From Hormiphora californensis (taxonomy: Eukaryota > Animalia > Ctenophora), in the NCBI GenBank assembly GCA_020137815.1, contig CM035362.1:3596001-3660000 (forward strand): a stretch of DNA of 64,000 nucleotides, given 5' to 3'. The notes under the pieces are model-generated. The model saw only the letters and a program-made list of their open reading frames with translations. It made no database searches and was not told the origin of the DNA. This document shows, piece after piece, positions 49,325-63,200 of the stretch. A program made the position numbers and the translations under genes. Position 1 is the first letter of the stretch, and each line of letters begins with the position of its first letter.

Positions 49325-50507
49325 CTGAGGAGGGAGGGGAGGGTTAGTTGTAATTGATTGATAATTAGGAGTGAAGGGGACGGGTAATTTTAATTGATTG
49401 ATACTAAGGAGTGAAGGGAGCGGGTATTTTTTAATCGTTTGATCTAAAATATACTGAGGGGAGCGGGTTTATTAGCTGGTATAGGCCATTTAAAGTTTGA
49501 TAATTCTTGACCATTCCAGAATGTACTCATAGAAATCAGGAGACAGAAGAAGAAAGCGGCAGCTACCTTCACACATCCAGAGAGATAATTGAGAAGCAGG
49601 GAGACAGAGAAAGAGAGAAAATGTGAGACAGAGAAAGAGAGTAATATGAACATGCTAGTCATTTTTGGAGCGTATTATATTCATTATTCACCGGCTAGGC
49701 GAGTATTAAGTTTCATAAAACGTGACTGAGACATGTGCGTGAAATATGCTATTCCACCAACAAGAGGGTATTGTGTTACCACAAAAGGGAAGAGCAGAAT
49801 AATATTGCGGAGTTTTATATCAAAATATTATGATCCACTGAAAATGAATAATGCTTGTAAAGACTCAATTCTTATGCTTGTAATCTCAATGGTTAAGTTG
49901 TTTTATTTAATGGTGGATTTGATTTGAGAACCTAGAGAATATATATATGCGTGACATTAATCGTCAAAAGGAATGACGTGATTAGTCTCAAGAAGGTATA
50001 ATTACTATTTTTGAGAGAGGGCCAGGGGGAGATAGAAAGAGAGAAGGTGTGAGAGAGAGAGATAGAAAGAGAGAGGGAGATGGAGAGAAGAGAAAGTGAG
50101 ATATTCAAAGAGAAATTTAGAGATACCAGAGATGTACATCGTAATAACATGACTCGACAGGAGATGAACATTATATGAGATATTATTAGATGAGTATTTG
50201 CGTGACCCCTGCTAAGATAAACATATTTTGCAGCTCAATGACCTGCACAACCCACGATGGGAAGTATGGAAGTGAAAACTATTTCAAGTCATTGGAGGGA
50301 CAACTTTTACTTTTATTCGCTGTTCTAGTAATACTGTAGTAATTTTATGCCCGTCTGTCAGTCTGCAATATGCGTCCTGTATGAATGTCGACTGTACTGT
50401 AATGTTCTATGCTGCAGCAGCAGCCTATGTGACAAACACACAAACATACATCTGACATACACAGAGCAGAAATGGCAGTGCAGCTTCCTGCATATGCATT
50501 GGTGTTT

Positions 50508-50559
<52 letters not shown>

Positions 50560-51071
50560 CGTGAGCTTAACTTATGCTTAACTTCTCTCTCTTCCTCTAT
50601 CACTCACTCTCTCCCTCTCTTTCGTACGATAGCAAAATATGACCTTTTAAACGAAGGAAATAAATGAGATGACTTGAAAATAGAAGGCTCTAGAACTGAA
50701 TATGGATACTAACTCTCTTTCCACCTCTTTCCACCTCTTCTAAGGATATAATGCAATCTGGCATGCATATCTTTATCTTGTTTCACAATATAAAATCTGT
50801 GGCCAACATTAGAAGGAAGAAGAAGAAGCCTAAAATAACAGCCTAGAACCTTCCATTCAAATTATACAGGACTTACACACTGCATATTATTTGAATTTTG
50901 AGACAGTGCAAGTGTGAGTTTGGAGTTCCATTCATTTATTTTAACGGGACGGGACCAGTGCAGGGGGGGGGGGGCGAGCTGGGGGAATCAATATGACTGT
51001 TTAAAACGTGTCTAAACCTAAAAGATGTTATGAGAAGTCACTAAAACCACCTTATTAGCTTGTATCTGCTG

Positions 51072-51180
51072 CAGGAACCGACCGAAACAAGTAAACAACC
51101 AATCAGAACTCGTTATTTATGTCACGTGACTGGTTATCAGCCAATCAGGGACCAGTATTTCCTGATCCGGTCGGTTCCTG
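51072..51180 (-). mobile_element. 109-bp MITE copy (degraded copies also at ~54895-55022 and ~55432-55550)
   Basis: Full body; near-perfect TSD ATCTGCTG/ATCTTCTG. Confidence 0.88.
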
Positions 51181-51611
51181 ATCTTCTGGATGAGTTGAAA
51201 CACTGTTATGCCATTTGTGTGGGTGTGCCGCACACCGTACTGTGCGAGCCAAGTTTTAACTACATTTCCAAGTTCACGACATTTCCGAACTCATTTCCGA
51301 TTCTATCGTGACCGACTGACACATTTACTGTACACAACTGGAAACACGTGCACTAGGACACTTACAGAAAATCGGGGCTATTTTCTCCCACCTGTGGGTT
51401 TTGGCATTTTTTGATGCACTTTTTTACTTGGACTCACTGATTTAGGTTTATCAGGTGCTGATGCAATTTTGTTTTATCTAAATTCTAAGCAGCCCAACAA
51501 GTCCTTGTCTGGTTGTGATTTGAGCTATTAGGTCACACAAACCCTTATCTTACAAAATTGTTGAACAAACAACAACCTCTTCTATGACGTCAACAAACAA
51601 ACAACCAGCTA

Positions 51612-51664
<53 letters not shown>

Positions 51665-52659
51665 ATCACTCTCCCTCTCTCTAGCTCCAAACAAGTTTTA
51701 CTAGTTAGATAATTTTCTCTCTCCTCCCCACCAGATAAACCTTCTTTGTCTGATTGTGGTTGGCTTACATCCCCACGTGCCGTCAATATATCACGTGGTC
51801 TAGTGTATTATATCTCTCTCGCCAAACACATGCACAACAGATCAATGGCCAAACAAATGATCAGTGGTAGGGCGACAATACCATTGACCAAAAGAGCCAT
51901 TGATCCTTTTTTTAAAAAGGCCGATATCACGAATTTTAGTTGCTCGATCCCAACAAGCTATCGCAACAGTGTATTCTGCAGACCACTTGATCAAGTATTG
52001 GGTAGCGGTGAGGTCCTCACTATAATACCCCACCGCAACATGTAACACCGAGGCACGGGTCAAAGCTCAGGTGGTCTGGTGGTGTACTGGATTTTGTGGT
52101 CTAGTCTACACTAGAATTCATTCATAGAGTCATCCATCCATTCATACGGAAAACTAGTTTTCTATCGAACAACTCAAGACTGCCCTCAGTTTTATCAGTT
52201 CGTAGTTTTCTGAGAAACCCCCATTGCTTACACCCTCAACTCAATTTTCTCACTGAATTTGGCGACTCAACTTCACTCACATACAAACTACACACACTAT
52301 GTACTAGGGGGAGATTTCAGAACCTGGTATTGCTGTTTTCTCTGTGGCACTGATATTCTCGCCTTCCTCTCAAAATTTAATTTCTCTTTCCCCTCTCCAA
52401 AACTTTCCTCCCTCTTTTCCCCTATCAGCCCCTAGCCGCGTCACTGTTCGCCTGATGTGACATAACAATGCGGTCAATTGTATTAACTTAGAGATCTGTT
52501 CTCGAGGCAGCTGATCTTCTCCCTTCTCTTCCCTATCAGCTCGCCCAGTACAAATCTAATGAGGGAACCAGCCCTTGTGACACACCCTCAAACCAGGTGC
52601 CAAAGTGCTGAGCCCTAGTTGTGAGATGAAACAAAGACAAATTTAAAGATTTGTAACCT

Positions 52660-52861
52660 TGAATATGAGTGATGCCAGCTCTTACCCCCAGCCCCCTGTC
52701 AGCTCTTTGACAGGCCCCAGAATACAGCACGTACCAGAGTACTGCGACGGGTGAACCTCCTGAATATGAGTGATGCCAGCTCTTACCCCCAGCCCCCTGT
52801 CAGCTCTTTGACAGGCCCCAGAATACAGCACGTACCAGAGTACTGCGACGGGTGAACCTCC
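52660..52861. repeat. Exact ~101-bp tandem duplication
   Basis: TGAATATGAGTGATGCC...GGTGAACCTCC occurs twice, head to tail. Confidence 0.9.
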
Positions 52862-52957
52862 TAAAAAACCGAGTAGGGCATGGTGCCCTGGGGAACCTCT
52901 GCCAAAATTTCTAATCTCGGCACAGTATAAGTATATCTGAATTTCACTTTACCTAAC

Positions 52958-53029
52958 GTCTCCGTGGTCTAATGGCCACAAAATGGGCTAAGAAAATAAG
53001 GTGCCGGGTTCAAATCCCGGTCATGCGAC
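52958..53029 (+). pseudogene. tRNA-like sequence (tRNA pseudogene or SINE head)
   Basis: Box A TGGTCTAATGG; box B and T-arm CCGGGTTCAAATCCCGG; ~72 nt. The acceptor and anticodon stems are poorly paired. Confidence 0.5.
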
Positions 53030-53084
53030 TTAATAGATTTTTCTTTCACTTTTGCTTGATATTGAAACAATTAAATTTCCGATA

Positions 53085-53519
53085 GAAACAAAACATATAT
53101 GACAAAGACCAGAAACTGGCTGACTACTGCAAACAGTGGCAGAAACAAAGCTAAAAGAGAAAAACTACAACAAATTTACCACTGCGGTAATGACAAAGAT
53201 AGACAAAGACTACCGAAAAATATGGTTCACAGATAAGATCACAATGAGAAACGTCACACTGGCAATCTTAGGACAAAACAACTTGAACTCCTCCTTAGCA
53301 CAGAGAGATCCAAGAGAGAATCCGAACTGCCCTTTATGCAACCAAAAACAGAACTCGGAACATGTCCTAATAACATGCCCAGATCTAGATCATCTCAGAT
53401 ACACACTGGGATACCAAAACATAAAACAAAACATCTACGACAAAGACCAGAAAATCGACCCTAGGCAAACTAACTGCACTGATAAAGAAATCTGGTCTCT
53501 TCAAATAGAATCTGCCTAA
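53085..53519 (+). mobile_element. 3' fragment of a non-LTR retrotransposon ORF2 (CCHC knuckle)
   Basis: ORF 53136-53519 contains NPNCPLCNQKQNSEHVLITCPDLDHLR, the C-x2-C-x7-H-x4-C motif found at LINE ORF2 C-termini; A-rich coding strand. Confidence 0.65.
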
Positions 53520-54038
53520 TCAAAACCGGCCCCCCCACCCCAGGCAGATAGTATAATCCGGAGAGTTGGGCCGCCCCAGACATTAAAATGTAGAAGGGTG
53601 GTACAAAACGAGCTCGAAAGAGCATCCCAATGGTTGCCACCTTAGGCTGACAGGCTATGGAGCACCCCTTGAGGGAGAGTGCCGCTTCACTAGACTGCGT
53701 ATTAGAAGCACTACAAACTGTTCCGATTAGGTACATAGAGTACCAATCGGTGGTCCGAGCCACCACTCTGGTCCTGAAGCAGGATTCTGGCCTTAAATGG
53801 CAAGTGCTGGTAGAAGAAATGACGTTTCTCATCTACGTGTGGGCAGAGAAGCCGCGTCATCGCTCGGCAATATACCTACTTCTGGGGAAACCCAGTAACG
53901 TAAGACTGGTGGAAATACACTGGTGCTCTCAGCTGTGTGTCTAACTGGATTAGTAACCGGCAAACTTAACAAAAGCGGACCGAATGTGAAGCTAGCCTTT
54001 CCCTCGAAGGGGATCCTCCATGGAGGGTCCCTGGACAG

Positions 54039-54277
54039 GTTGAGGGGATGATCCCTGTATTGATCTCACGTGGTTCGAAGTTTGGTCAGGCATAGAAGAC
54101 TCGGGATGTTACAAAGGTGAACAAATTTCAATAGCAAAACAGACGTTTCGGCGTAAAATAGCCCTCAAAACGTCTGTTTTGCTATTGAAATTTGTTCACC
54201 TTTGTAACATCCCGAGTCTTCTATGCCTGACCAAACTTCGAACCACGTGAGATCAATACAGGGATCATCCCCTCAAC
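54039..54277. repeat. Perfect 110-bp inverted repeat with a 19-nt loop
   Basis: 54039-54148 is the reverse complement of 54168-54277. Confidence 0.93.
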
Positions 54278-54299
54278 ATGTCTCAAAAGGGGCCCGGTG

Positions 54300-57200
54300 T
54301 CAAGCCCTACAAAGGGGATCCAGGGGGTCCGGACAGGTTTAAACAAGGGGAAAACTACTGGGGCAATTTTTGGTTTGGGGTTTCGGGGGGAAGGAAACGC
54401 CAAAAATTTGATTCCCCGGGGGCGGGCCCCCGTAAGACACCCCCAAAAGGGGGAAAGGAAGTACGGGGGGTTCCCAAACCCCACACCCCCACACACACAC
54501 TTTTGAAAACCTTCAAAAAATTTAAATTTTTGTGCAGACCGGGGTAAAAAAAGGGATAGAAAACAGAATGTTTTTAGGTAACTGAAACATCTTTGGGGTT
54601 TATTTATACACCTTTGATTTGTTGGGGTTGGTGACGCAGAAAGTCCAAAACCCCATGGTGTATGACGTAAATGATCATTTAAACAATCCCCTTTGTCAAA
54701 AAACTCCTCCCCCAAATGGGGTTTAAAAAAAGTTTTAATCAGAGAAGAGGGGGGGAAAAGGGAGATTGGGGGAGCTCCGAAGGGCTCCTGCAGGGGGAAA
54801 AACTGTAGTTTGAGGGGGGAAATTTTTTAGAGAAACCCGCATGGGGGGGGAAAGCTGAGAAAAGATATATAATTGGGATAATGTGAGATAAAAACCCGGG
54901 AAAACCGACCGAAACAAGAAAAAAAACCAAATCAAAAACCCCTTTATTTTAGGTAAAAGTGACGGGTTTATAAACCCAATCGGGACCAGTATTGGGGTAT
55001 TTCCCGGATTTGGTGGGTTCCTCCCTCCTACTCTGGGCAGAGTTTGGGAAGAGAGAGCTGTAAAAGAGGAAAACTGTCGCCTAAAAAACATACACTTTTT
55101 AAAGGGTAGACAACGCCCACTATTAATTAACTTTTGGGGAAAAATTTATATCCACCGGTTTTTTTGGGACACCCCGAGATAATAAAACAATCTAAATGAG
55201 GAAATTAAACAGTTTTTCCGAATCCAAAAATATATTCTCTATCTAGTCTAAAACTTGTTTTGTACAAACTCGAATAACAGTCTAACTTGGCAATCTAAAA
55301 CGTCACTTCCTCCATCGGCAAATTTCATAGAACACGGAAGCAAACTTGAATTTTTAAAAATTTCCCGGGGTATATTTGATGTAGGGATAAAACTTTAGTT
55401 GTCCCCAAAAATTTGGGGATAAATAAAACACCAGGGACCGACTAAAATTCAGGAAAAAACTGGTCCCTAAATTGGCGGGATAACCAGTAACGGGACCAAA
55501 AAAAAGGGGAGTTTGTTTGGTTTTTTACTTTTTTTCGGTGGGTTTCCCCTGAGGGAAACCCCCAGTCCAAAAATTCCCCTCGCAAAAAAATTGCCTTTTA
55601 AAAACATTTAAGTAGTTTGCAGTAACATCCAGTAGGTGTTTTTGGGACACGTCCCAAAAAATTAATTGGCAATTTAAAAAACCAAGTGTTAAATTTTTAT
55701 TTTTCTAAACTTGAAAAGTTATTTTTTTTAAAATGTTCACCCCTAATTTCTGCGCGTGCGTATTTTAATTTACGCTGTGTGCGCTACACTTTTAACATGT
55801 GAAAAAAAACGGAAAAATTTAAAAATTCCCGTGCACGATTTTGGGGGTTTTGAACAGTTGAAAAAAAAGGAGTAAAATGGTTCTTAGAAAACTTTTGTCT
55901 GGGCCCCGCTTTTAAATTGGGGCAGTGGGGGAATGAATATTGAGAAAATATTTCCGAAAATTTGTTTTGCTTTTACTACAAATGAAAGGGGCAATTGAGG
56001 GTGTTTTTAAGACCGATTTTTTTTTTCCCGCCCCCATTTTAAAAAGCAAACATAATACAGTGGACCCCGTTTTCCCGGGGGGTTTCCGGGGGAAAAGGGG
56101 GTTTTCCCCGGAAAAAATGGGGGGCCCCGGGGGGCTTTGGGAACAAGCATGGGTAAAATCCCCACAGAAAAAAAACCGGAATAAAACGAAAATTTTGGTA
56201 CAAAAAATTTTAATGTACACAATGAATACTTACCGCAACAAAACTCCCAGTACACCGAGTCATAACATGAACGAAGCTCTTAGCAGTACATATCCCCACA
56301 ATTTTACACGTTGTGCTATCAAAGAGAGGTGCTTCCTCGATATCTGAGCAGGGAGAGATTCCAGATTAAAATTCAAAAAAAGTACAATTTTTAAAGGTGA
56401 ATTTTTTTTTAAGGGTTTGGATGATCGAGTTTTAGAAACCTAAAACACCTAAATATCACGGGGGTCCCAATCGGGTTTAATTTTTTCCCTATTTTCGTAA
56501 TTTTTAAAAATTTATTTTTACGGGGGGAGGCGTCGGGGCTCGGGAGAAAAATGTGTTGTCGTGGTCATGTGGGTGAGAAAGAGGCATGAAGCCAAGAAAA
56601 AAAAGGGTAAAAAATATTTGGAGAACACGGGGGAATGTGAGAAATGTCTTAGTCGGGAAATAATCCAAGTAGAAACTTGTTCATTCTTGGCACCCTTCCA
56701 GTCTTCAACTCCGGTTTCTCTGTCTCACCCCCAAATGGAGGGGGTAATAAAGGGCTTTAAAAGAACAGGGGGAAAGGAAAAAAGGAAAAAAGCAAAAAAA
56801 GAATTTTTTAAAATCAAATGAAAAAATTTTAAATTTGCCAGGGAAAATTTGGGGTTTTTTGGGGAAATTTTTGGGGGGAGCTAGTGGGGTGGATAAGTTT
56901 TTTTAAATGTTTTTAAACCCCCTTTCCCAATTTGTTTTGGGGGGGGGGAAACCAAACCTATAGGAAGCTGAAATTTTTTCCAGCGGGGTTTAAAAAATTA
57001 AATTCGGGTGCCCCCCCCCCCCGGGGGTTCCAAAAATTTGGTTTTTGCAATCTTTCTTTTTTTACCCAAACGGTTTTGCGAAAAACCAGGGGGGTTTAAA
57101 AAATTTTTAAATTTTACGGGCGGCCCCCCCAAAACCCCCCCCTTTCCCTTTTTCCTTTTTGGGGGTGTTGAATTTTTCTTTGTCTTTTCCAATTTTTCAC

Positions 57201-60200
57201 ACAAAAAAACAATTTTTGGTTTTAAACTGGGCAAAAAAGGGGGGCCGGGGAAAAAAACAAACCACAAAAAACCCCACCAAGGGGAGGTTAAAAGGGGAGG
57301 AACCGGGGCGAAACCCAGGGGCCCAAAAAAAAGGGCAACAAGAATTAAGGGGAAGAGGAGGGGGAAAAGGGGAGGGGAGGGAGGGGGAGAGAGGAGGGGG
57401 AAAAGGAGGAGGAGGTGAGAAGGAGAGAGGGGAGGGGAGGGGGGAGAGGGGGGAGAAGGAGAGGAGAGAGAGGAATTAGAAAAAGGATTTTACAAAAACA
57501 GGCCACACCCTTTCCCGGTTAAATTAGGGCCCTAGGAGGTAAGGGGGATAGCTTTGGGAAAAAAATATATGTTTTTAGACAAGTATAAAATAACTGACCA
57601 GTAATTTTGGGACGCAAAAAAACATTGTTTGAGGTTCCAGCGGAATTTTTTCTGGTCTGCTGATAACGAATTCATTTCAACGCCACCTAGCATAATTACC
57701 TAGTTCTCGAAAGATCCGTGCTGTTTCTTTGACCGTAAATCGTACACATGAGGGTGTTTTTGGGCAAAAAGGGTTTATCGATCATACGCATAAAAACTGC
57801 CCAAAAAAGTTTTATGTAGTTTTGGGCGGGTGCTGGTAGGAATAGGCGTAGATTAAAAGGGAGAAATAGGAATTTATAATTTGGGTTTATAAAATTTCCC
57901 CCAATCAACGATTATACATCCTTAAACCCCTTTTATATCCCTGCACAACTCAGGGCCCCAAAAATTTCCTTTAATTTGAGGGGTAGTAAAAAAAAGGGTT
58001 TACGCAAAGTAGAAAAAATGGTGCCCGTCGTATGGAAAATTTTGAAAAGAGACGGAAAAAAGATCTCCGTTTAAATTTTCCGATAATATAAAGTATTTCC
58101 CCCCCGAAAACCCGTTTTTCTTTCGCGAGATTTTTTTTTCCCCTCGTTTTAAAATTTTATTTTTTGTAAAAATGAAAAGGGAACGGGGGTACCCAAGCCA
58201 GAGAGAAATTTGGGGAAAGGGGGAAAGGAAACCCCCAAAGCGGGAAAAGCAAGAATAAAACCTGGGGGCAGGAGGGGGGTAAAAATTTGGGTTTATTTTT
58301 GGACATTTTGAGGGTTTATTGGGCTGGGGAATTGGTTGTTTTAAAAATTTTTTGACGGTATGGGTTTTGAATGGTTAGTATTGGACATTTTGACGGTATT
58401 GGGCTGTGAATTGGTTAGCAGGGGGCCCTTTTTTGGCGGAATGGGTTTGTGAAGGGTTTTAGAGGGACTTTTTGACGGGATGGGGATGTAATTTTGTTAG
58501 TATTGGACTTTTTAAACGGGATTAAGGGAACATTTGCTAGTGTTTTTTACATATAGGAAAATGTTTGAAATTGAAAAAAACATGGATTTTTTTTAGAAAT
58601 TTTTTTAAAACTTTGTTGTATTACAGGAGAGTTTTTAACACCATACGATAAGCTCACCTTTACGGGGCCTCTTCTGGCTAGTGATGATCTGGTGTAAGTG
58701 AAGAAGCTTCTTTGGCACTGATAACACCTGGGAGAAAAAAAAAAATTTGGGGGGGGGGGGGGGAAAAATAATTTACACACATTTAGGGAAAAAAAAATGT
58801 GGTAAAACTCTAATTTTGAAAAATTATATCAATCATTAGTTGATTTTGCAAAAAACCCCAGTATATTATTGGATCACCCAAAACTTTAAAAATTTACTGG
58901 TTTAAGATAAAATTAATAAAAAGGGGCTAAAACCAAGGCCTCATTATTTTTAGGTCTTTTATAGAAATTTTTTAAATTTGCAGGGGGAGCGGGACAAAAA
59001 AACTCCCCCGGGTAGAGAAAAAATAGCGTTCTTACCTCAGCCCATACAAGCACAGAAACAAGTGTCACAACAGCCGCGGGGGGGTTTGGGAAATTTTTCG
59101 TTTAAAACCCAAAAATTAGCCGTTGTTTAGCCCCCACAAAGGGCCACGTTTTTCCCGTTTTTGTTGAAATTTGTCTCGACGGAGAATTGTTGTATCTTTT
59201 ACACGGGGGGGGGGGGGGGGGGTAATAAATTTCAAACATATGGCAACGAGCAAATTAGTTTTTAAAAATTTAATTTTCCCAATATGGGGTTTGCAATTCA
59301 AAAAAGAAAGAAACAAATTTGGGCTGGGAAGAGAAAAGAAAAAGAAGAATAGGCTGAAAATTTTCCCGCATAGTGGGGGATATTTATAGAGGTATGGCGG
59401 ATGTTCGATCTATTAGCCTGCAAGTGAAATTCTTTAAAAACCCCGCGTTCAGCAAGGGACAATGAAAAAAAAAGTCCAAATTTAAAAATTTAAACAGTGG
59501 AAAATTCCCAAGGGTAACTTCTGGGGAAGCTTAAACCCGGGGATTGGAGGAAACAAAAACCCGGAGACATTACTTTTCCTCAAGGCAAAAAATTTGACCC
59601 ACTAACCTAACGGATATTGCGTAATAACTTTAAAAAATTGAATTGAATGAGATTTAAGAAACAGTGTGTTTTTTTGGGTCGCGGAGATAAAAGGTTGAAA
59701 GGACAGGGCCCTGTCCTAAAGTCCTGTACCCCAAGTACGAGGCCGCCCCTTTGGGAAAGAGATACAAATACATTGTATTTTTTGCCCAATGATTTAAGAT
59801 AAAATTTTTTTGGGTTGCCTTTTTTTTAAAAGAAAGAAAAGGGGGAGTCAATAAAAAAAAACAGGGCTTTTGGTCTTGAAATTTTAAAAGTGAGTCAAAA
59901 AATTTTAAAAAAAAAACGAAAAAAAAAAACTTTGGCAAAGTTGCAGGTCCCTTTTTAATAAAATTAAAAGGGGGCCCTGGGGGGAAAATACCGCGTGGGG
60001 GGAATACATAATAAATCAATCCCGGTTCCAGAAAGGTACAAAAAATTTCGTTTTGGTAGCGTTGGAAAGAGGAAGTTTAACAGTTTTTCAAATTCCCAAC
60101 CCGGTTTTCAGGTCTCTATTTTATCAGGAACAGGAGATATAAACCCAAAAACTCCGAAAAATCGGGGTGCGGTAAAAAAAAAAAAATTTAAATGAAATTT

Positions 60201-63200
60201 TAAAAAAGGTTTTCCCGGCAAGAATCTGTTACGCCCATTTTTTGAAAAAAAAAACCCATCTATTAAACGGCTATTGTCGGGCCTCCTTAATTTCCAATTA
60301 ACTTCTCTCAAAAAAAAAAGCAAGGTAGAAATCGTCATTCAACAACTGGTGAAAAAAATAAGTCAAAAGGGACTTCAGGGGCCAAAAGTTAAAAGCCCCG
60401 GGCCGTTTTTTCCCCCGCAAAGTTATCTTGGGCCCCGGGCCGGGATAAGGCCAAAACCCGCGCGGGGCATTCCCTCCAGCCCCCTCGTGCGGGGGTTTGC
60501 GCGCATGGGGGGGGCGCAGCGCTTTCCCAAAAAAAACCCGAAAGCATTGCATAAAACTTTTTTGTTTTTTTAAAAATTGGGACGTTTTTAAAAAGGGCGC
60601 GAAAGGGAAATTTCCCCTTTTTTTTGTGCCGGGCCAAATAAGCGGGCCCAAAGTATAAAAATTTTTGCGTCAAAGGACAAAGTTTTAAATTTTCCCAGTT
60701 AAAACCAGGAAACCGAACGGGGAAATTTAAAAATAGTTTTTTTTTAAAAAACGAGAGGAGTTGATTTTAAAAATTAGAATTTAAAAAAATAAAAGATAAT
60801 TTTAAAATTTAAAAAAACTTAATTCCAGCACCCCGCCACCCCCATGGGGCCACTAATGCGAGGGGGGTGACAAGAAAACTTGGGCCCTTTAAGTTTGATT
60901 TTGCCCCTACTCCCCCCCTATTCCCCTAAGCGAAAGTTTTTGCGTTTTTTGCCCAGGCTCACAACTTTGGGTTTAAAGGGGCGGGGGCCCGGGAAAACCC
61001 AACTTCTTCATCCCCAACCGCAAAAATTTTTTGGTGGCAAGGAACAATGGACCTCCTAGAAGTGGAATTAGCTTTATAACAAAATAGCGGGAAAAACACC
61101 ATGAAATTTACCCTCAAAACATATGCCTGACTTGTTGAGGAAAGGTTTTCCAAAAAAGCCCAAAACTAAAAACTTGAAAATTGAAAATTAAAAATTTTCA
61201 ACAAATACTTTAAACAAATTAAATTTTAGTTTCAGGGCCAAATTTTTGCCTGACCACCCCGGAAGGGGCGATGCCGGGTATGTAAAAAGAGGGTTAGGAA
61301 ACAGGGGGAAAAAAAGTGCTTTTCGGGCTTGTGATGAACCCCCAAGTAGTGACGAGGGGTGAAAGGATTGGAAGGGCCCAAGTCCCACAGCAAAAGGTTT
61401 CCAGACCAATCTCAAGGACTTGATGTTTTAGGGGCTTTTTGGAGGGGGGCTGGCTTTTCTTTGGGGGGGGAAAAAAAGTAAATGATGACGGGAAAGGAAA
61501 AACCCCCGGGCCGGGGAAAAAACCCGTCTCAAAATTTTTTGACTGGTTTTAATGGCTTTTTGAAAGTCTATTTCCCAAAATTTTGGGGGCTTTCGGGGGA
61601 AAGAATATGTGATCAAAAAGGGTGAGAAATCCAGGTTCAATTTTGGGAAATTGTGGGGGGGGGGGCCATAATTGCCCCCCTAATCCAGGGAAACAACCGT
61701 GTGCTTTTATTTCCAAAGGGTTTTAAGGGGATTTGCACATGGTGCAAGAAACACCTGGAAAAAGGGTTTTTGGGGTTTCCAAAAAGGGGGGGGTTTTCAA
61801 GCCCTTTCCCCCGGTGAGCAAGTGAGGTTCGGATTTACGCCCTAAAGGAGGGGTTTTGCTTTATGTCAGAGGTTGGTGACCCCCCAAACCCGAACACCCG
61901 CAGAAAACCCCCCCGGTCAGAAAATCAACAGTTTTGGGGGGAGGCTGATGAGGGGGAAAAAGAAAAAACGGGGATAAACCCATCCCGGGTGCCAAACCCC
62001 TACCTACAAAAAAGGTTTCAAATTTCGGCCCCTTTCGGAACGAAGAAGTGACGGAGGTTTTATGCCAAAAAGGGCAAAATCCCCCCCAAAGGCCGGAGAT
62101 ACTTTCGCCCAGGGGGCCAAAAAAAAAAAAATACGGCTGTCCGCGGGGGAAAAAAAGTTTTCGATACTCCCCCCACCTATTGCCGCTCTTCCCAAATTCA
62201 GGCCCCGGGGAAATTTCCCCAAGAAAAGGGCGTCGTTTTCAGAATCCCAAAAACCCCCCACGAGTTTCAGTGGACGAGAATCTCAATTTTCAAACGGAAC
62301 GGAAACCCCGGTCTTTTGGTTTTTCGGAAGGGTGAGACGAACTATGCTAGGGATACGGAGTACCCGATCCCCAAAAACCGAGTGGGAGCTCCAATGGGCA
62401 CCCGTGAAAACCCCCACGATTTGAAAGGGGCTTTTTTTGAGAGAGGGTTTGGGAGAAGGGGGTGAGAAAGGAAAAAAAGAGGGTTTGAAAAAAAGGTTCG
62501 AGAGTAAGAGACGATACGCCCGACCTTTAAATCAAAAGGAGAGATCGTTAGGGCTGTTTTCCCACGGGGAAATATTTCTGTTAAAGCAAAGGGGTCTAAG
62601 TCCGGAAGGGGGATACGTGCTGGAAACCGGGGTTTATTAGGATATATAAGAAATGAGAAAACTCCTTTCAGGCCCCTTGGGAGTTTCTGAAAAAAATGGT
62701 TTTTTAAAGGGGATCACTTTAGATGCCCAGGTTGAGATACCGGGGATATAATGGGTTTTTAAAAGGAAATGACAGAGGAGTAGGGGTCGGTTTGGGGGCT
62801 GGCTCTGATGTTCCCTCGTCGCTGGCTTTTTTCGATTTGTACTTTTTTTGCTAGTGCGTTTTTTTTAAAATATGAAAGCTTCTGTTGGGGCCCGTTAACC
62901 CCATATTTTGCTGCGTTTATCGTTCAGAGTGAGTGTTTTGGAATTTTAGGGGGCAAGAAACCTTTCAGCATTTATCGATAAGTTTCAGGAGAGCGGGTTA
63001 CCAGAAATGGTATTTTCGGGGATTTTAATTCCCCCTCTTTAAGGGTTTAGGGTCACAGTCCCAGTTTATCAGGGCCCAATACAATGTTGGGATGGCTTTA
63101 GGACATAATTTTTTTATCCCCGGGGTTTTTAGGGCCCACCCCGGGGCAAAAATACGTTGGATCTGTGTTCCCAAAACCCCCAAAAACCCCCCGGGCTTTC

